Shown here one piece after another: positions 61,041 to 64,000 of a DNA stretch of 64,000 nucleotides (positions are counted from its first letter, which is position 1; every line of letters begins with the position of its first letter). The DNA comes from Eledone cirrhosa (Eukaryota). A program made the translations under genes and the position numbers. The DNA lies in the NCBI GenBank assembly GCA_964016885.1, contig OZ024743.1, positions 203,856,001-203,920,000 of the forward strand. Direction: 5' to 3'. The notes below the pieces were generated by a model. The model was not told the origin of the DNA and did not search any database. It was given only the letters and a program-made list of their open reading frames with translations.

Positions 61041-64000
61041 TTTTTTTTATTAACCACAAGGGTTTACATAAAGTAGACATTAAGGACAGTACAGGACAAT
61101 ACAGGACGGTACAAATGGGCATTCTGCGTGTAAAAAAAACGGAGGTTGAAATAAAATAACAAAGAAAAATTCCCCAATAGGGGGGAGACTTCCGAGGGAC
61201 ATTTGTGGAGAAAGCCCATTAAAAGACCACAGTGGCCCTGACCACCAGGGTAAGTGCCCTCTCCCAGTTTTCCACCTTTAATTTACAGACACATACTCAG
61301 AATAGGCCCATTCATTCGGGCCATGCTTGCTTCTCTCACCCATCTTTCAAGAAAATGCTGGGAAGAGAGCACTTCCCTCTCTACCCTGATTTTCCTTTTC
61401 AAATGAAATTTGAAAAAGTTAATCAGGGCATCACCGAAGAGGTATGTGCACGTCTTCAGCCCTTTCAAACGTGTCCACCATACTATCTCTTTCGCCATGG
61501 CCACCAGACAGATAAAAACTTCCTGCCTTTCCAGGCTAAAGGAAGAGGGCGGGGCAATCCTCATGATGGACTCAGCTGATAGCTGGATCCGTCCTACACG
61601 TGACAGCAGGTGTTCGACATAAACCCACAAGTCAGCAATGCTCGGACACTGGACGAGTGCGTGCAGGACGGTTTCGTCGCCCTGCGCGCATCTCGGACAT
61701 GCCCGGCTGACGGCACCTCCATGCCTGTAGAGTTTATCCCGAACTGGCAAAGCTCCTCGGTAGCACTGCCAGGCCAGGGATTTCTGGAAGTTGTCCATAG
61801 GCCCCGGCCCGAAAGTCCTTCCGAAGAGATTGGCTAGTTGATTTTCGTCGACGCCTAGAGTTTCTCCAAGTACGTCGTCGCTCTTCCCCTCCACTAATCC
61901 CCTATAGAACGCCAAGGTGGAGTTTCCACCGATCACATTGTCCGATTGGTCGAGGGCTGTGAGCGCCTGAAGACATTCCAGTCTCCAAGCGCTCCCTCTC
62001 GGTCTTCGCTTGACCCAGGACTGCAGCTCCGTCAAGGAGACGAGCTGGGGAAAAACGTGTCTAGCAAACGGCGACCACACCTGATCACCGTCGAGGAACA
62101 GGTGGAGATGTCGTAGCCTGAGCGCGTGTCTGCGCATCTTCAGCGACGGCATGCCCAGCCCTCCACGTAGCGGGTGTTGACAGCAGATGGACCGCCTGAC
62201 CATCGGAGCGCGTCCCTTCCACAAGAAGCGAAACAGCAAACGCTCCAGCGCAGTCAGGCGGGGCTTAGGACAAGGTACGACGGTCAGGCGGTAGTAGATG
62301 ACAGACGCGATGTACGCGTTAGCCACCTCCGCTCGACCTTTCAGGGATAGCTTCCTCTCGGCCCATTTCTGGGTGAGAGAAGCCACCCTGCTCGTCACCT
62401 CGTCCCAGTTTTTGTCCGTCTGGAGGTCTGGACCGAACCAGACCCCTAGCAATTTAACCGGTCCGTCCGTCCAGCGCCCGACGACGCTGCTGGACGGCAT
62501 GGACCTGCCTCTCCAGGTGCCGAGCTGCAGGCCCACTGACTTTTCCTGGTTGATCATTGCTCCTGTCACCGCTTCGTATTCTCTTAGTGTAGTGCCGATC
62601 GCCTCGATGTGTTTTGCGTTCGACACCACTACGGTGACATCGTCGGCATATGCTGACACAGATCTTCCGCATCCTAGTTCGCGCGGGACCCCCCTCAACG
62701 TCTCCAGTTTGTGCAGTAATGGCTCGAGAGTCAATACGTACAATAGGGACGAGAGGGGACATCCTTGGCGGACCGAGCGCATGATGTTGAACGGTTCCGA
62801 AAGGTGACCGTTCACTCTCACTTCAGAGCAGATGTCGCTGTGCATGGCAGCGATCCAGCCTCTGAAGACGGGCCCAAAGCCAGCCGCCCTCAGGACTGCC
62901 GCTAGGTAACGATGGTCGACCCTATCGAAGGCTTTCGATTGATCTAAATTGATCAAAGACCCACCCTTGCCAGGTTCCCTAGCTACCCTCTCTACGATGT
63001 ATCGCATGAGGTGGAGGTTGTCGTGGATGGATCTGTCGGGAATGGCGCATGTCTGTGCCTCTCCCACCAGACCACCAACGACAAGCGCCAACCTCTTTGC
63101 TAGCACCTTGGCCAAAATCTTGAACTCTGTGTTTAGCAGAATTATGGGCCTAAAATTATCTATGTTATCCCCCTTGTTCGGATCCTTTCTCAGCAGCGCC
63201 ACCGCTCCTCGGCTCACAGAGCTGGGAACTCTCCCGTTCTGTTGCCAGTTGCAGTAGACGTCCGCCAAAAGGCCTCCGAACAAGTTTGGCATTTGTACGT
63301 AAAGTTCATAGGGCAGACCATCCAAACCAGGCGATTTACCCCTTGTGCAACTAGTCATTGCATCCCGTACTTCAGCGGTTGTTATCGGCTTTTCGCAACA
63401 CTCCGCCTCAGTGGCCGAAAGCCGCGGCAGTCCGTCGAGGTAGACACTAAAGTCCATCCCTCGATCCGGCCAGCCACTGCCCCCGAACAGTTGAGCGAAG
63501 TGTCGCTGAAAAGCTTCACACATTTGCCCGGGTTCGAGTAGCATGCGCCCGTCGTGGTCCACCAAAGACCGGATCGTGGCTTTGTTGCCACGACGCGCCT
63601 CCGCCACTCGCGCCCATTGAACGGCTTTCGTCCTCTCGTGTCTGAGAGCACGCACCCTTGCTCTGACAATGCAGCCTTCGTGCTTTACATTGAAGAATTG
63701 GTCAAGGGCCAATTTCGCCGCAAGCACGTCGGTCGCAATGCCTTTGCTAAGCGCCTCGTCTAATTTTCTAACTAGTTCTCCCTCTGCTCTATTTTTCTCT
63801 ATTGCTAAAGCCTTACTAAACCTAATGGATTCTATTCTAATCGCTCTTTTCAGAGCAAACCACCACTTGTTGTTGACGATGGCCCCCGTCAACGCCCGCT
63901 TAACTAGTTCGCTAATCCGGTCTCTGTAGGCCTTGCGCCCGTGTAGCTGACTATCTTGAATTGTGGACAGCCTATGCTAGACCTATCTATTTCCCTACAA
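61004..64000 (-). mobile_element. Tx1/L1-clade LINE, runs off the window end; 3' UTR ends in a short A-run then (TTA)n
   Basis: GC-rich; RT plus C-terminal CCHC knuckle. Confidence 0.9.
61283..63892 (-). CDS. L1/Tx1 ORF2: reverse transcriptase + zf-RVT (endonuclease part upstream, apparently with a deletion)
   Basis: KSPGLDG, NFRPIILLN, LDQSKAFDRV, RQGCPLS, YADD, KLLGV, GGLGMP, CPRC..ETVLHALVQCP. Confidence 0.92.
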   Translation of the reverse strand: MTGAIVNNKWWFALKRAIRIESIRFSKALAIEKNRAEGELVRKLDEALSKGIATDVLAAKLALDQFFNVKHEGCIVRARVRALRHERTKAVQWARVAEARRGNKATIRSLVDHDGRMLLEPGQMCEAFQRHFAQLFGGSGWPDRGMDFSVYLDGLPRLSATEAECCEKPITTAEVRDAMTSCTRGKSPGLDGLPYELYVQMPNLFGGLLADVYCNWQQNGRVPSSVSRGAVALLRKDPNKGDNIDNFRPIILLNTEFKILAKVLAKRLALVVGGLVGEAQTCAIPDRSIHDNLHLMRYIVERVAREPGKGGSLINLDQSKAFDRVDHRYLAAVLRAAGFGPVFRGWIAAMHSDICSEVRVNGHLSEPFNIMRSVRQGCPLSSLLYVLTLEPLLHKLETLRGVPRELGCGRSVSAYADDVTVVVSNAKHIEAIGTTLREYEAVTGAMINQEKSVGLQLGTWRGRSMPSSSVVGRWTDGPVKLLGVWFGPDLQTDKNWDEVTSRVASLTQKWAERKLSLKGRAEVANAYIASVIYYRLTVVPCPKPRLTALERLLFRFLWKGRAPMVRRSICCQHPLRGGLGMPSLKMRRHALRLRHLHLFLDGDQVWSPFARHVFPQLVSLTELQSWVKRRPRGSAWRLECLQALTALDQSDNVIGGNSTLAFYRGLVEGKSDDVLGETLGVDENQLANLFGRTFGPGPMDNFQKSLAWQCYRGALPVRDKLYRHGGAVSRACPRCAQGDETVLHALVQCPSIADLWVYVEHLLSRVGRIQLSAESIMRIAPPSSFSLERQEVFICLVAMAKEIVWWTRLKGLKTCTYLFGDALINFFKFHLKRKIRVEREVLSSQHFLERWVREASMARMNGPILSMCL

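Overview
Repeat-dominated, AT-rich animal genomic DNA. The (TA)n density and the tRNA-derived SINE types suggest an octopus or other coleoid cephalopod (inference). I recognise no host protein-coding exon; most ORF-track hits are (TA)n, (TC)n or (CA)n artefacts. The window is a nest of transposons, many bounded by (TA)n. It holds one near-intact RTE-clade LINE (APE + RT with an embedded PHD-type finger) plus truncated copies, a Tx1/L1-like LINE, at least five Penelope-like (RT/GIY-YIG) remnants, Tigger/pogo, Tc1-like and mariner DNA transposons, a Helitron 3' end and two SINE families. The main finding is not visible in the ORF track: about 17 type-I hammerhead ribozyme (HHR) motifs, folded by eye, from roughly ten sequence families. 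Some lie in Penelope pseudo-LTRs; others lie in small non-coding (TA)n-flanked fold-back elements whose inversion junctions often fall on ribozyme helices. Several HHRs are atypical: ~82-85 nt stem II inserts, a U3-A8 core, U-U at the base of stem II, and palindromic loop III. Also present are a 1.4-kb-arm inverted duplication, a ~1.45-kb tandem duplication and a pre-miRNA-like hairpin.
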